From Gammaproteobacteria bacterium (lineage in GTDB: Bacteria > Pseudomonadota > Gammaproteobacteria > JAUZRS01): a DNA stretch of 64,000 nucleotides. Shown here piece by piece: positions 10,355-22,955 of this stretch. The translations under genes and the position numbers were made by a program. Position 1 is the stretch's first letter. Each line of letters begins with the position of its first letter. The stretch is taken from assembly GCA_030949385.1 (NCBI GenBank), contig JAUZSP010000003.1, positions 453,670 to 517,669 of the forward strand, in the 5' to 3' direction. The notes below the pieces were generated by a model. The model ran no database searches, had not been told where the DNA came from, and saw only the letters and a program-made list of their open reading frames with translations.

Positions 10355-12397
10355 TCACGATTGATCTGTTGAATTGATTTTTGTCTGATTTTCAGCGCTC
10401 TCTTCGGGGCTTGAATCGGCGTTTTGGCTCGCTTCGCGGTAAATGTGGTAGCGATTACAGCCGTTGTCTTTGGCGTGTTGCAGAGCGTGTTTGGCCTGTT
10501 GTGTCAGTTGGTTGCTGTCAGTGGCGTCGTCTGGGTAGAGACTGATGCCGATGCTGGCGGAAATTTTGAATTCTTGTTCGGCCAGAGTGATGGGAGAGCT
10601 AATAACGTCTAGCATTTTATCGGCGCTGCGTTTTACTTCATCTAGCTGCTGCAATTCGGGCAAAATAACGACAAACTCATCACTTGAAATGCGCGCTAAG
10701 GTATCTACCTCGCGCAGGCAGGTTTGCAGTCGTTCGGCAATGTTTTGGATCAGCTGATCGCCTGTGGCGTGACCGGCGGCGTTGTTAACCTTTTTGAGGT
10801 TATCCAGATCAATGTAGAGCAGCGCGACTTGGTGCTTCTCGCGTTGGGCGTGAGATAAGGAGGTGAGCAGGCGATCATTCAGCAGTGGGTGGCTGGGCAG
10901 ACCCGTTAGGCCATCGTAATAGCCGAGCTTGTGTAAGCGACGCTGGTGTTCTTGTTGTAAGCTGGTATCGCTGTAAATACTGACGTAGTTGATCAGATAA
11001 CCGTTGCTGTCGTAGATGGCACTGATCTGTAAAGAAGAAGGGTAGAGCGTGCCATTTTTGTGTTGGTTCCAGATCTCCCCTTGCCACCGGCCGTAGTGAT
11101 ACAAGCTCTCCCACAGTTCTTGATAGAATTTTTGTTCGTGGTGTCCCGAGTAGAGGACATTGACCTGTTCGCCAATGATGTCATTGGGTTCGTAGCCGCT
11201 GTTGGCGGTGAAAGCAGAATTAACTGAGGTCACAAAGCCTTCTGGATCGGAGACCAGAATGCCTTCTGAAGTGGTTTCAATCAGTTTGTCTGCCAGCTGC
11301 AACTGCTGTTCGGCGTCTTTCTGTTTGCCGATGCTGCTGGTGAAGAGGCAGCAATACTCTTTGTTTTCGTGTTCGAGGTAATTGGCGCTGATTTCAATGG
11401 GGAATTCGGTGCCGTTCTTACGTAGATGGGTGGCTTCAAAGGTGGTGTTTTGGTGGTTTTGAATCTGCTCCCAGATGGTTTCCAGCAACTCTTCGGTGAT
11501 GTTCATTAGCACATCGGGCATCCGCATACTGAGCAGCTCTTCTTGGCTGTAGCCTAAAATTTGGCAGGCGGTTTCATTGACGTAGATGAATTTTGATTCT
11601 CTGTCGATCCAGAACATGCCCTCTTTGGCGCTGTTCATGGCGTACTGATTCATCAACAACGCACGTTCGTTTAATTTTTGCTCGGTTAGATCGTCGCTGA
11701 TGCTGAGAATACCGAGAATATTGCCATGTTCGGAACGAAAAGCGTGTTTGCGACTGCTTAACCAGCGCATCTGGCCATCGCCGCGTTTCAGTGCCGATTC
11801 CATTGATTCAATGGCTCGGCCGGAACGATAGACTTCACGATCCAGTTTGTGCAGTTCAGCAGCAATGTCGTTGGGCAGCAGCTCGTAGTCGGTTTTGCCA
11901 ATGATGTCGTCGATGGGACGACCGAGGAAATCGGCAAAACGTTGGCTGACGGCAACGTAACGAGAGCGGCTGTTCTTAAAGTAGGAGAGGTTGGGGGTGT
12001 GTTCTAGCATCACTTGCAGTTCAGGGGAAATATGGAACTTAGCGGCTTTGGACTCTTTTTCGGCGGCTTTTGTTTCCAGTGAGTTGCCTTCGGCTTCGCG
12101 GCGCAGAGCAGGCAAGACGCGCAGAATAATAATTACGAGAACGGCAATGGCACTGAAAAAGCCAGTTAATAAGGGCAGCAGCTGAACTTCGGGTTGAGAT
12201 GTGTTTGCCAGTAGGCGGTAGATGTTCTCTGTGAGTGGGCTGATACTGACAATCGCCAAAGTGAGCAGCAATAAGCGTATTGAACGGCTTTGAGCGGGGA
12301 ATATCTTCCAGTAGCGTAGATAGGCAAACAGAATAATAGCCCACAGCAGCGCAAGCACTCCATAGGCGTAAGGTATGATGGCTGCCAAACTATTCAA
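10355..12397 (-). CDS. Membrane-bound 3xPAS + degenerate GGDEF (SSDEF) protein
   Basis: N-terminal TM helices, three PAS domains, 'DGLTGLP', 'IDLDNLKKVN', 'REVDTLARISSDEF'; TTG start at 12397 follows a GGAGG RBS. Confidence 0.85.
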   Translation of the reverse strand: MNSLAAIIPYAYGVLALLWAIILFAYLRYWKIFPAQSRSIRLLLLTLAIVSISPLTENIYRLLANTSQPEVQLLPLLTGFFSAIAVLVIIILRVLPALRREAEGNSLETKAAEKESKAAKFHISPELQVMLEHTPNLSYFKNSRSRYVAVSQRFADFLGRPIDDIIGKTDYELLPNDIAAELHKLDREVYRSGRAIESMESALKRGDGQMRWLSSRKHAFRSEHGNILGILSISDDLTEQKLNERALLMNQYAMNSAKEGMFWIDRESKFIYVNETACQILGYSQEELLSMRMPDVLMNITEELLETIWEQIQNHQNTTFEATHLRKNGTEFPIEISANYLEHENKEYCCLFTSSIGKQKDAEQQLQLADKLIETTSEGILVSDPEGFVTSVNSAFTANSGYEPNDIIGEQVNVLYSGHHEQKFYQELWESLYHYGRWQGEIWNQHKNGTLYPSSLQISAIYDSNGYLINYVSIYSDTSLQQEHQRRLHKLGYYDGLTGLPSHPLLNDRLLTSLSHAQREKHQVALLYIDLDNLKKVNNAAGHATGDQLIQNIAERLQTCLREVDTLARISSDEFVVILPELQQLDEVKRSADKMLDVISSPITLAEQEFKISASIGISLYPDDATDSNQLTQQAKHALQHAKDNGCNRYHIYREASQNADSSPEESAENQTKINSTDQS

Positions 12398-12703
12398 GAT
12401 TTCCCTCCAAGCGGGGCAATGGTGCATGCCATTGTGTGATCCGCTAAACAGCAGAGCCACGAGGAATCACGGTTCATTATTATGGGCTGAATACGGCTCA
12501 ATTGGGGCTTCTCTTAAAACGCTGTACGGACGATCTTGATAATAAAGGTTATTTTCCCCAGAATGCTGCCCGATTTAGCCAGCAGATGCAACCGCTATCC
12601 TATTTTTGCTTGGCAGATAGTGTGCCGTTGTCAGACGGGTTTTTGGACTTGCTCTTGGTTTTCGATTACTTTTATTCATTATCTAGGCTTACGGCCTCGA
12701 TAG

Positions 12704-14368
<1,665 letters not shown>

Positions 14369-14398
14369 TGCAATAAAGGTTGTGCTGCTGACTTCGAT

Positions 14399-14438
14399 AA
14401 AAAAGCCGCCGTTTAGCCTCTGCTAGACGGCGGCTTTT
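14399..14438 (+). terminator. Rho-independent terminator
   Basis: AAAAGCCGCCGTTTAGC-loop-GCTAGACGGCGGCTTTT downstream of pgm. Confidence 0.8.
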
Positions 14439-14517
14439 CTGTTTGTTCACTTTGTTGGCATAACAGGCAGTCCGATTTTTTTGCGCGCTTTATGTTGATC
14501 AAAATGGAGAATGAGAT

Positions 14518-17500
14518 ATGTTGGCCAAGCAAATCATAGGCTTGCGTAAATTACTTGCGGCGCTCTTTATGAGCGTCTTTATCGCGGCTCCTCTGCAGGC
14601 ATTGCAACCGCCAGATTTGATATTGCCTTTGGCAGTGAATGGTTTGAGTGGTGATCTTTCTGGCTACAGCGTAGCCACCGATGGTACTACTTTGGTGGTG
14701 GGTGCGCCTAAAGCCACGGGCGGCAATACGGCGGGTTCTTACGGTGTGCCAGGTTTGGGCGAGGTGCGTCTCTATCAGAAAGTGTTTGGTGTTTGGACGC
14801 AGATGGCAACCTTGAGCGCCTCTAATGGCGCTTCGCATGACAGTTTTGGTATCAGCGTGGCTGTGGACGGTGATGTGGTGGTGGTGGGTGCTGAGGGTGT
14901 TTCGGTACGTCGTGGATCGGTTTATCTGTTTGTGAAGCCCAATACCGGCTGGCAGGATAAAACGGAAGATTTGGTCTTGGCTCCAAGTATGGCTCTTGGT
15001 AGCAATGCTTTTTTTTGGCCACGCGCTGGATATTGATGCCGATACGGTGGTGGTTGGGCAGTGGGATGGCGGTGCTAAAGGCACTTCGGCAGCTTATGTT
15101 TATGAAAAACCCATCACCGGTTGGCCTTCAGCCAGTTCGCAAACCGAGAGTGCGATTTTGCAGCCTCTGCTGGTGGACGCTTTGGGGACTTCTGCCCCGC
15201 CCAACAGTTTTGGCATCAGTGTCGCCGTAGACGGTTCTACGGTGGTGGTGGGCGGGGGTATGGATCGACGTTTAGGGGTGGCTTATCTGTTCGAGAAACC
15301 GGCTCTGGGTTGGGTAGACAGTAATGGCGATGGTGTGTTGAATGGCAGTGATACGGGGGTGGTCAGAACGGCGACGGCGGAGCTTTCTGCATCAACGGTG
15401 CTGATTACTGATCTGCTGCCTAAATTTGGTTTTGCTGTTGATATTCAAGGCGATGTGGTGGTGGTGGGCACGCCTGAATACGATGCTGCGGGGGCGGTGG
15501 ATGCGGGTGCAGCGTTTGTCTTTGTTAAGCCGGTGGGTGGGTGGATCTCGGCTACTGAGAATGCTTTTTTGACTGCGCCGACACCGTCTCCATGGCAAGG
15601 TTTTGCCCGCAGTGTAAGTGTTTGGGGGGATCATATTATGGTGGGCAGCTACCGTAATCCTAATTTTGGTTTTACTCCGGTACTGCCACCCGATCCCGTT
15701 GTGCCTTGGCCTGATGCGGTGACAGGCTTGATCTCTAAAGGACATTCAGCCACGGAAGAGGCGGGATCGGTTTTTCTATTTACAAAACCCGCTGCCGGTT
15801 GGTCAGCGGTTTCTGCTCACAGCACTTGGCAGGCTCCTGTAGCGCAGTTGAATAACTTCTTTGGTTACAGTGTGGCGCTCAATCGCAGCACCTATGTTGC
15901 GGGTGCGTGGGGAATGGACATTGATCTGGCTCCGTTGGATTCGCTGCCGGAATTGGATGTAGGCGAAGTGCAGGTGAAACAGACCTCGACAGTGGATCTC
16001 TCCATTACAAAAACAGACGGTCTGCTGGGTACGGCTCTGAATATTGGTGATCCATTGATTTACACCATCACGGTGAGTAATAACGATCTGCTGGATGCGG
16101 CCAGCGGGGTGGTTATTGAGGATCTGTTGGCAGACGGTTTTACGCTGGTTTCGGCAGTGGCGAGTCAGGGCAGCTGTGATCTTACTGCGCTGCCTAAATT
16201 ACGTTGTCATCTAGGGGTGATCAATGCCGCGCCTGCCAGTGCTACGGTGACCTTGAACCTGACTACTAATGCCAAAGCCAATGCGGGCGCATCGGCAACA
16301 GGCATTCATCTCTCTAATACGGCCAGCGTCAGCAGCAATGAGACCGATGATCTTTTGGCCAACAACAGCGCCACCGATGCCGATACGGTGATCAATGCCT
16401 CACCGGTGATTGATCTGGGCGCAACTCCAGCCTCGGTGAATGAAAGTACATTGGGGGTCTCTTTAGATGCTTCGGCAAGCGTGGATCTGGACGGCACGCT
16501 GGTCAGTTATGTTTGGAGTCAGCTTGGGGGTGAGGCGGTGACGTTGAGTGATAGTGCCACGTCTGTTGCGGCTTTTGATGCGCCTGCGCTGGTGACGGCT
16601 ACGGTGAACCCGTTGCTGTTTCAGGTTTTGGTGACGGACAACAACGGCGGTCAATCCACTCTGCCTCACAGTGTGACTTTGTTAGACATCACCCCGCCAG
16701 TGCTGAGTTTATTGGGAACCACACCCATTACTCATGAGGCGGCGACCCTTTACAACGATGCGGGTGCCACGGCGAGCGACAGCTTGGACGGTGATCTGAG
16801 CGCCAATATCGTGGTTGCTGGGTTGCCCGACACTCTGATACCGAGTGCTTATACCGTTACTTACAATGTTTTGGATGCAGCGGGTAATGCGGCCACACAG
16901 ATTAGCCGTGCGGTCACGGTGGTGGATGCCACGCCGCCAGTGATCAGCTTGAATACGGGTACGCCGGTGATCTTTGATGTGGGTTCTATTTACGTTGAAG
17001 CGGCCACGGCCAGTGACACTCTGGATGGTGATTTGAGCGCCTCAATGCGGGTTGGCGGTGCGGTCAATACGGCGCTGGCAGGGGATTATCCTCTGACTTA
17101 CGATGTGTTGGATAACGCAGGCAACAGTGCGCTTCAAGTCAGTCGCACCGTGACGGTGGCGGACATCAGTGCGCCGGTGATCAGCTTAAACGGTGGCAAT
17201 GTCAGCATTGAAGTGGGTTCAATCTACAACGATCTGGGTGCGACAGCGGTTGATAACGTCGATCCCACCCCGACGGTCACAGTGGATAGCCAAGTTAATA
17301 GCGCGGTTTTGGGTGTCTACAGTGTGATTTACAGCTCTACGGATGTGGCCAATAACAGCTCTACGGCTACCCGTACGGTCACGGTGGTGGACACCACATT
17401 GCCGATCATCACTCGACTGGGCGGTGCGACGGTCACGGCTGAAGCCGGTGAGGTTTATAGCGATATGGGGGCGACGGCCAATGACAATTATGAAGGTGAC

Positions 17501-18691
17501 ATCACGGCCAGTATTGTCACGCTCAATCCGGTAAATACCGCCATTCTGGGTGTGTATACGGTCACTTACGACGTTTCAGACAGCTCCAATAATGCCGCGT
17601 TGCAGGTGAGTCGAGCGGTGACCGTCAGTGATACGACGCCGCCGCTGATTGCGCTTAATACGGGTGCTGCCATCGAGGTTGATATTGGTTCCAGCTACGT
17701 TGAAGCGGCCACAGTAGTGGACTCTTTTGAGGGTGATCTCAGCGCTGCTTTGGTGGTGACGGGAGCGGTGAATACGGCGGTTCCGGCGGTTTACAGCTTG
17801 ACCTACAACGCTGAGGACGGCTCGGGGAATGTGGCGGCCAGTGTGACTCGTCAGGTGACGGTAAAAGACATTGGCGCGCCGGTCATAACCCTTACGGGAG
17901 GAGATACGCTCATCATTGCCTTGGGTTCGATTTATAGCGATGCCGGTGCCACGGCGGTGGACAATGTTGATCCTGTTGTTACGGTATTGACCTTATCCAA
18001 TAACGTCAATGCCTCTGCTCTGGGCAGTTACCGTGTGGTGTATCAAGCCACGGATGTGGCAGGCAATGTGGCTCAGGCGACCCGCACTGTGTTGGTGACG
18101 GATCAAATTGCGCCGACGATTGTGTTGATCGGCGCTAATCCCTTGATTGTCAGTGAGGGCGCTCTGTTTGTTGATCCGGGGGCGACGGTCAGTGACAACG
18201 TGGATGCGGATGCCAATATCAACGGTGTTGGTGCGGTGGACACTGCGACGGCGGGCGGTTATTCGCTCAGCTACGATGCTGATGATGCGGCGGGTAACTC
18301 TGCTGCAACGGTCACTCGTACGGTGATTGTCAGTGCGTTGCCGGTGGTGAACGGGCTGCCGACGGCACGTGTGATCGCTGGGGTGGTTTACAGCTATCAA
18401 CTGGACGTTACGGATGCGGAAGGCGATGTGCTCAGTTACACGGCTCAGAATCTGCCCAGTTGGTTGACCTTGAGCGCGAGTGGTCAGTTGAGTGGTACGC
18501 CTACTGCGGCAGATGTGGGCAGTCATAAGGGGATCAATATCACGGTCAGTGATGGCCACGGTTCTGTCACTACGGGGTCTTTTGCGATTGAAGTGACGGC
18601 AGCATCCAGTGGCGGCAGCGGTGGCGGTGGTTCATTGCCGTTTAGCCTGTTGTTGATTTTGTCTCTGCTGGGTTTGCGTCAACGCCACTGA
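14518..18691 (+). CDS. Adhesin-like surface protein 1: signal peptide, FG-GAP beta-propeller, DUF11, PKD-like, 7 DUF5011-like Ig repeats, He_PIG-like Ig, GlyGly-CTERM; split by a +1 frameshift in a T8 run at 15009-15016 (about 1390 aa if corrected)
   Basis: ORFs 14518-15036 and 14996-18691 join as ...SNAFF-GHALDID if one T is removed; 'FGxSVAVDGxTVVVG' blades; ends GGGGSLPFSLLLILSLLGLRQRH. Confidence 0.8.
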
Positions 18692-18707
18692 TTTGTTGTT
18701 AATCTAT

Positions 18708-18731
18708 TTCCTGCCCCGTTCGGGGTAGGGA
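18708..18731 (+). terminator. Probable terminator hairpin
   Basis: TTCCTGCCCC-GTTC-GGGGTAGGGA followed by a T-rich tract. Confidence 0.55.
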
Positions 18732-18970
18732 TTCTTTGTTCCCCCTTGATTTTGACTTCAGCATAACCTTCTGATTTAAATTAGTTTTACTCCTTGTTTG
18801 TTGTTTTTGCTGGCCATAGATCGCCTTATTTTTTCACCTGTGTGTTTAAAATAATGAAGGAAGTTTAAATATGATTTGTTGGAAAAATATAAGAAGGCGC
18901 TGCTAAAAAGTAGCTTACAGCGTGTAAATTCTTTTATCTGGAAGCGACATGCGTACAAAATTCAAAATGT

Positions 18971-18986
18971 TGTGATGTCGGTCACA
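18971..18986. promoter_or_regulatory. CRP-type binding site upstream of adhesin 2
   Basis: Perfect TGTGA-N6-TCACA (TGTGA TGTCGG TCACA) with AT-rich flanks. Confidence 0.65.
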
Positions 18987-19023
18987 TAATTATTTAAATT
19001 AATAAAGACAGATGGAGTTGGTG

Positions 19024-22000
19024 ATGATAACTCAGGTGAGAAAAAATGGCTTTGGGCGAAAAAGTTTATTAGCAATGAGTGTGATGGCGGCTTTGGTTGC
19101 TGCGCCAGCTTCAGCAACGCTGGTTGATAATCCGCTAACAATCAGCCCAGCAACGTCTTTAACGGTGGGTGGTGTTACTTTGCCGGAAGCCTTTCAGCAA
19201 GCGGGTGATCTGACCGGCTTGAGTGTCGCCACGGACGGTGTCACGTTGGTTATTGGTGCGCCACAGATGGCGGGGGCAAATCGTAATTCTTTTGGCGCCA
19301 ATCTTCTTACGACATCGCCAGTGAATCCAGCTATTTTACAGGCTCCCGGTAAGGCGTATGTGTATCAGCGAGATGTCAATAGCAACTGGATTCAAATTGC
19401 CACTTTGGTAGCCAGTACAGGTGCGGATAAAGATGGCTTTGGTGCCAGTGTGGCAGTGGATGGTAATACCATTGTGGTGGGTGCCGATGGAGCAACAAAT
19501 AAACAAGGTCGAGCCTATATTTTTGAAAAACCCGTTGGAGGTTGGTCGAATACGGCCATTACGACAGAAACGGCAGAATTATTACCCTTGATCGCCGGAG
19601 TGGCGCTGTCTGCATCCAATACTTATTTAGGTCATGCGGTAGATATTAAAGGTGGCACTGTGGTCGTGGGACAATGGGGTGGCGTTCCGGCTGCCTATAT
19701 CTTTGAGCGTCCCATCGCGGGCTGGGCTTCTGCTGTTCCTCTTGCGCAGACAGCAACTTTGCAGCCTTTGATCGGCGCTAATCCTGCTGCGATCCCTCCT
19801 GTTCTAGGCACAGTTCCAGAGCAGTTCGGTATGAGTGTGGCTATTGATTCAGATCCGGTTGCGGGTACCGAGACGGTGGTTGTGGGAGGGGATTTGCTAG
19901 GAGCTGGGGCGCTTTATTTGTATGAAAAACCAGCGCCAGTTGCAAGTGGGTGGGCTTCTTTAGGGGTTAATGCAGCGCCGACGGCGACTCTGACTTTATC
20001 CCCGGCTATTGATCTTTTGGATAATGGTCAAAATGGATCACGTAGTTTTGGTTTTGATGTGGATATTAAAGGCTCTACCGTTGTTGCCAGTGCGACGCGT
20101 TTTGATACGACCTCGCTTTTTGGGGTGGTTTCTAAAGATGCGGGGGCCGTATTTGTTTTTGAAAAACCGCTGGCTGGCTGGGTTTCTGGTTTTGAAACAA
20201 AAATGCTGACAGCGCCTACTCCAATAGCATTTCAGTCCTTTGGACGCAGTGTGGCAGTGACAAAAGATCGTGTTTTGGTGGGTACCTTTACTAACCCTGC
20301 TTTGAGAGCGGATCCCATTGTGGGTGGTTTTGGTTTGGTAGGTGATGCATTGGCGCCAACGGCAGCCAATGCACCGCAGGGGCGAGCTTATATTTTTGAC
20401 AAACCTTTGGGTGCAAGTTGGGCAACGTATAATCCTGTTTTGACTCCCGCAGCTCCTTGGCAGTCTCCGGTAGGTTCTGTTGATGACATGTTTGGTTACA
20501 GTGTCGCGGCGGCCAATACCACTTACGTTGCCGGTGGTTTTGCCTTGGATACGGATCTTCCAGCACAGGGTTCTGCTCCAGGTGCTGTTGCTGATGGCAT
20601 TGTGGACAACAACGTTGGTTCTGCCGCAGTACTAGAAGCCACTGTGATTTTAAACATCACCAACAGTTTGCCTGCGGGAACAGTGCCTGTTGCTGGTGAT
20701 CAACTGACCTACACCATCACGGTGGCCAACAACGACCTAATCGACACGGCCACCAACGTGGTGGTGACAGATCAACTGCCAGCAGGATTGACCTTTGTTT
20801 CAGCTACGTCTTCTCAAGGAACAGCCTGTATTGATTTGAATACGGGAGTCGCTCCAATTGCGAATACAGCATCAATCAATCTTGAATGTGCTTTAGGTAC
20901 TTTGGCTCCCAACAGTCAAGCCACCATTACGGTTGTGGCCGATGTCACTGATCCCGTGGCGATTGATCATTCAGCCAGTGTGATTGCCAGTGAAAGTCTT
21001 AACAACGCCTCTGTTACCAGTAGTTCGGTTAATGTTGCACCCACCGCCGATGCGGGCCTTGCACAGACGGTCAATGAGGGTGATCTGGTGACTTTGAGTG
21101 GTGTGGGTACAGATACGGCACCAGGTACGATTGCTTCGTATGCTTGGATGCAAGTTTCAGGGGATACGGTTGCGTTGACAGGAGCAAACACCGCCACCGC
21201 CACCTTTACTGCGCCGACATTGACGGCAAGCAGTGTTTTGCCATTACGTTTTAAGCTAACGGTGACAGACAGCGGTGGCGTAGCGGCGACAGCGTTGACC
21301 GCCACGGCGATGGTGGATGTAACGGTCAATGATGTCACTGTCCCAGTGGTCACTGCACCTCTGCCCATCATCGTTGAGGCAACCGGTACTAATACCAGTG
21401 TGAGTTCAGCGGCTCTTGGCACCGCCAGCGCTACAGATGCCTCTTCGTTCACTATCAGTAATGACGCTCCGGCGACTTTCCCTGTCGGCGATACCACAGT
21501 GATCTGGACGGCCACCGATGCCAATGGCAACAGCAGCACAGCAACACAGCTGGTGACCGTGGAAGACACCATCTTGCCCACCATTACCGCTCCGGTTGAT
21601 GTCACCGTAGAAGCCGTCGGTAGCAGCACCACGGTTGTTTTAGGTTCACCTATCACGTCCGATGCCTTTGCCGTAACAACGATTGACGATGCCCCAGCCA
21701 CCTTCCCGCTGGGTTCCACCACGGTGACGTGGACGGCCACGGATGCCAACGGCAACAGCAGCAGCGCCACTCAGATTGTGACGGTGAATGACAGCCAAGC
21801 GCCGAGTTTAGTCGCACCGGCCAATATGATCGTTGAAGCCACAGGGGTGGCAACCACCGTTGTTTTGAGCCAGCCGAGCAGCAGTGATCTGTTCGCAGTG
21901 ACGGTCAGCAGTGATGCACCGGCCACCTTCCCAGTAGGTGATACCACGGTGACGTGGACGGCAACCGATGCCAATAGCAACAGCAGTACGGTGGTTCAAA

Positions 22001-22617
22001 CCGTTACGGTGAAAGACAGCCTTGCACCCACCTTGACCTTGGTGGGTGGCAGTACCTTGATTGCCGTTGGGGGTACGTTTAGCGCACCGTCAGCTACGGC
22101 AACGGATGTGGTCTCTGGCAGTGTGGCGGTCAGCGATGATCGTGCCACGGCTCTGAACACCGCCGTTGCTGGAGCTTATAACATCACCTTTAGCGCAACG
22201 GATGCCGCTGGAAACACCGCGACAAAAGTACACACGGTGGTGGTGAACGCTCTGCCGGTGATCAACGGAGTGCCGACGGCAACGGTGGTGGCAGGGCAGA
22301 GCTACAGCTACGCCCTTGATGCTACGGATGCCAATGGGGATGCCTTGACCTACAGTGTGTTGAATGCGCCAGCGTGGTTAACGCTCAGCGCCAGCGGTGT
22401 TCTGAATGGTTCTCCAACGGCGGCAGATGTGGGTAGCCATGAAAACATCACCATTACGGTCAGTGATGGCAACGGTTCGGTCAGTGTTGGGCCGTTTACT
22501 GTTGAGGTGACGGCTGTTCCAGCTGCGAGCACAGGTGGTGGCGGTGGTGGTTCATTGCCTCTGGCTCTGCTGGCTGCTCTGTCACTGCTGGGACTGCGCC
22601 GACGCACCAACAAATAA
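19024..22617 (+). CDS. Adhesin-like surface protein 2: FG-GAP beta-propeller, DUF11, PKD-like, 3 HYR-like repeats, DUF5011-like, He_PIG-like, GlyGly-CTERM
   Basis: GGAG RBS 6 nt before ATG 19024; signal peptide; 'FPVGDTTVTWTATDANGN' HYR repeats; ends GGGGGSLPLALLAALSLLGLRRRTNK. Confidence 0.85.
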   Translation: MITQVRKNGFGRKSLLAMSVMAALVAAPASATLVDNPLTISPATSLTVGGVTLPEAFQQAGDLTGLSVATDGVTLVIGAPQMAGANRNSFGANLLTTSPVNPAILQAPGKAYVYQRDVNSNWIQIATLVASTGADKDGFGASVAVDGNTIVVGADGATNKQGRAYIFEKPVGGWSNTAITTETAELLPLIAGVALSASNTYLGHAVDIKGGTVVVGQWGGVPAAYIFERPIAGWASAVPLAQTATLQPLIGANPAAIPPVLGTVPEQFGMSVAIDSDPVAGTETVVVGGDLLGAGALYLYEKPAPVASGWASLGVNAAPTATLTLSPAIDLLDNGQNGSRSFGFDVDIKGSTVVASATRFDTTSLFGVVSKDAGAVFVFEKPLAGWVSGFETKMLTAPTPIAFQSFGRSVAVTKDRVLVGTFTNPALRADPIVGGFGLVGDALAPTAANAPQGRAYIFDKPLGASWATYNPVLTPAAPWQSPVGSVDDMFGYSVAAANTTYVAGGFALDTDLPAQGSAPGAVADGIVDNNVGSAAVLEATVILNITNSLPAGTVPVAGDQLTYTITVANNDLIDTATNVVVTDQLPAGLTFVSATSSQGTACIDLNTGVAPIANTASINLECALGTLAPNSQATITVVADVTDPVAIDHSASVIASESLNNASVTSSSVNVAPTADAGLAQTVNEGDLVTLSGVGTDTAPGTIASYAWMQVSGDTVALTGANTATATFTAPTLTASSVLPLRFKLTVTDSGGVAATALTATAMVDVTVNDVTVPVVTAPLPIIVEATGTNTSVSSAALGTASATDASSFTISNDAPATFPVGDTTVIWTATDANGNSSTATQLVTVEDTILPTITAPVDVTVEAVGSSTTVVLGSPITSDAFAVTTIDDAPATFPLGSTTVTWTATDANGNSSSATQIVTVNDSQAPSLVAPANMIVEATGVATTVVLSQPSSSDLFAVTVSSDAPATFPVGDTTVTWTATDANSNSSTVVQTVTVKDSLAPTLTLVGGSTLIAVGGTFSAPSATATDVVSGSVAVSDDRATALNTAVAGAYNITFSATDAAGNTATKVHTVVVNALPVINGVPTATVVAGQSYSYALDATDANGDALTYSVLNAPAWLTLSASGVLNGSPTAADVGSHENITITVSDGNGSVSVGPFTVEVTAVPAASTGGGGGGSLPLALLAALSLLGLRRRTNK

Positions 22618-22636
22618 ATTAGAGTTTCTCTCCTTT
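22219..22636 (+). repeat. 418-bp near-identical direct repeat, copy 1 (copy 2 at 26079-26496)
   Basis: Base-by-base comparison at offset 3860 showed one mismatch (22570 C vs 26430 T). Confidence 0.9.
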
Positions 22637-22663
22637 GACCCCTGCTTAGTCAGGGGTTTTTTT
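22637..22663 (+). terminator. Rho-independent terminator
   Basis: ACCCCTG-CTTAGT-CAGGGGT plus T tract. Confidence 0.85.
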
Positions 22664-22955
22664 ATGCCCTGATTTCCATTGGTCTCTGTTTTTCTGACGT
22701 TGATTTTAAAGGGTTTGTTTTTATTCTTAGGCTGTGGGTTGGGGCTGATGTGCGGTTGAGTATCGCTTGTTTCAAAATGACAGAATAGTCTTAACGATTT
22801 TAAGAAATAGATTTTTGGAAAAATATCAGAGTCGGCTGTTAAAACTAACTTACGGCATTGGATCAGCCTCCTGTTTTTACAAAAACGATAATAGAAAAAA
22901 CGGTTTCAGTGCAGAAAATGCTGACCTAAATTTAGATGAACACATGGAGAACGTG

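Noticed and set aside
22767-22955. 63-codon N-terminal extension of adhesin 3 given by the ORF track
   Set aside because: The RBS and signal peptide point to ATG 22956, and the extension overlaps the conserved upstream element shared with adhesin 2
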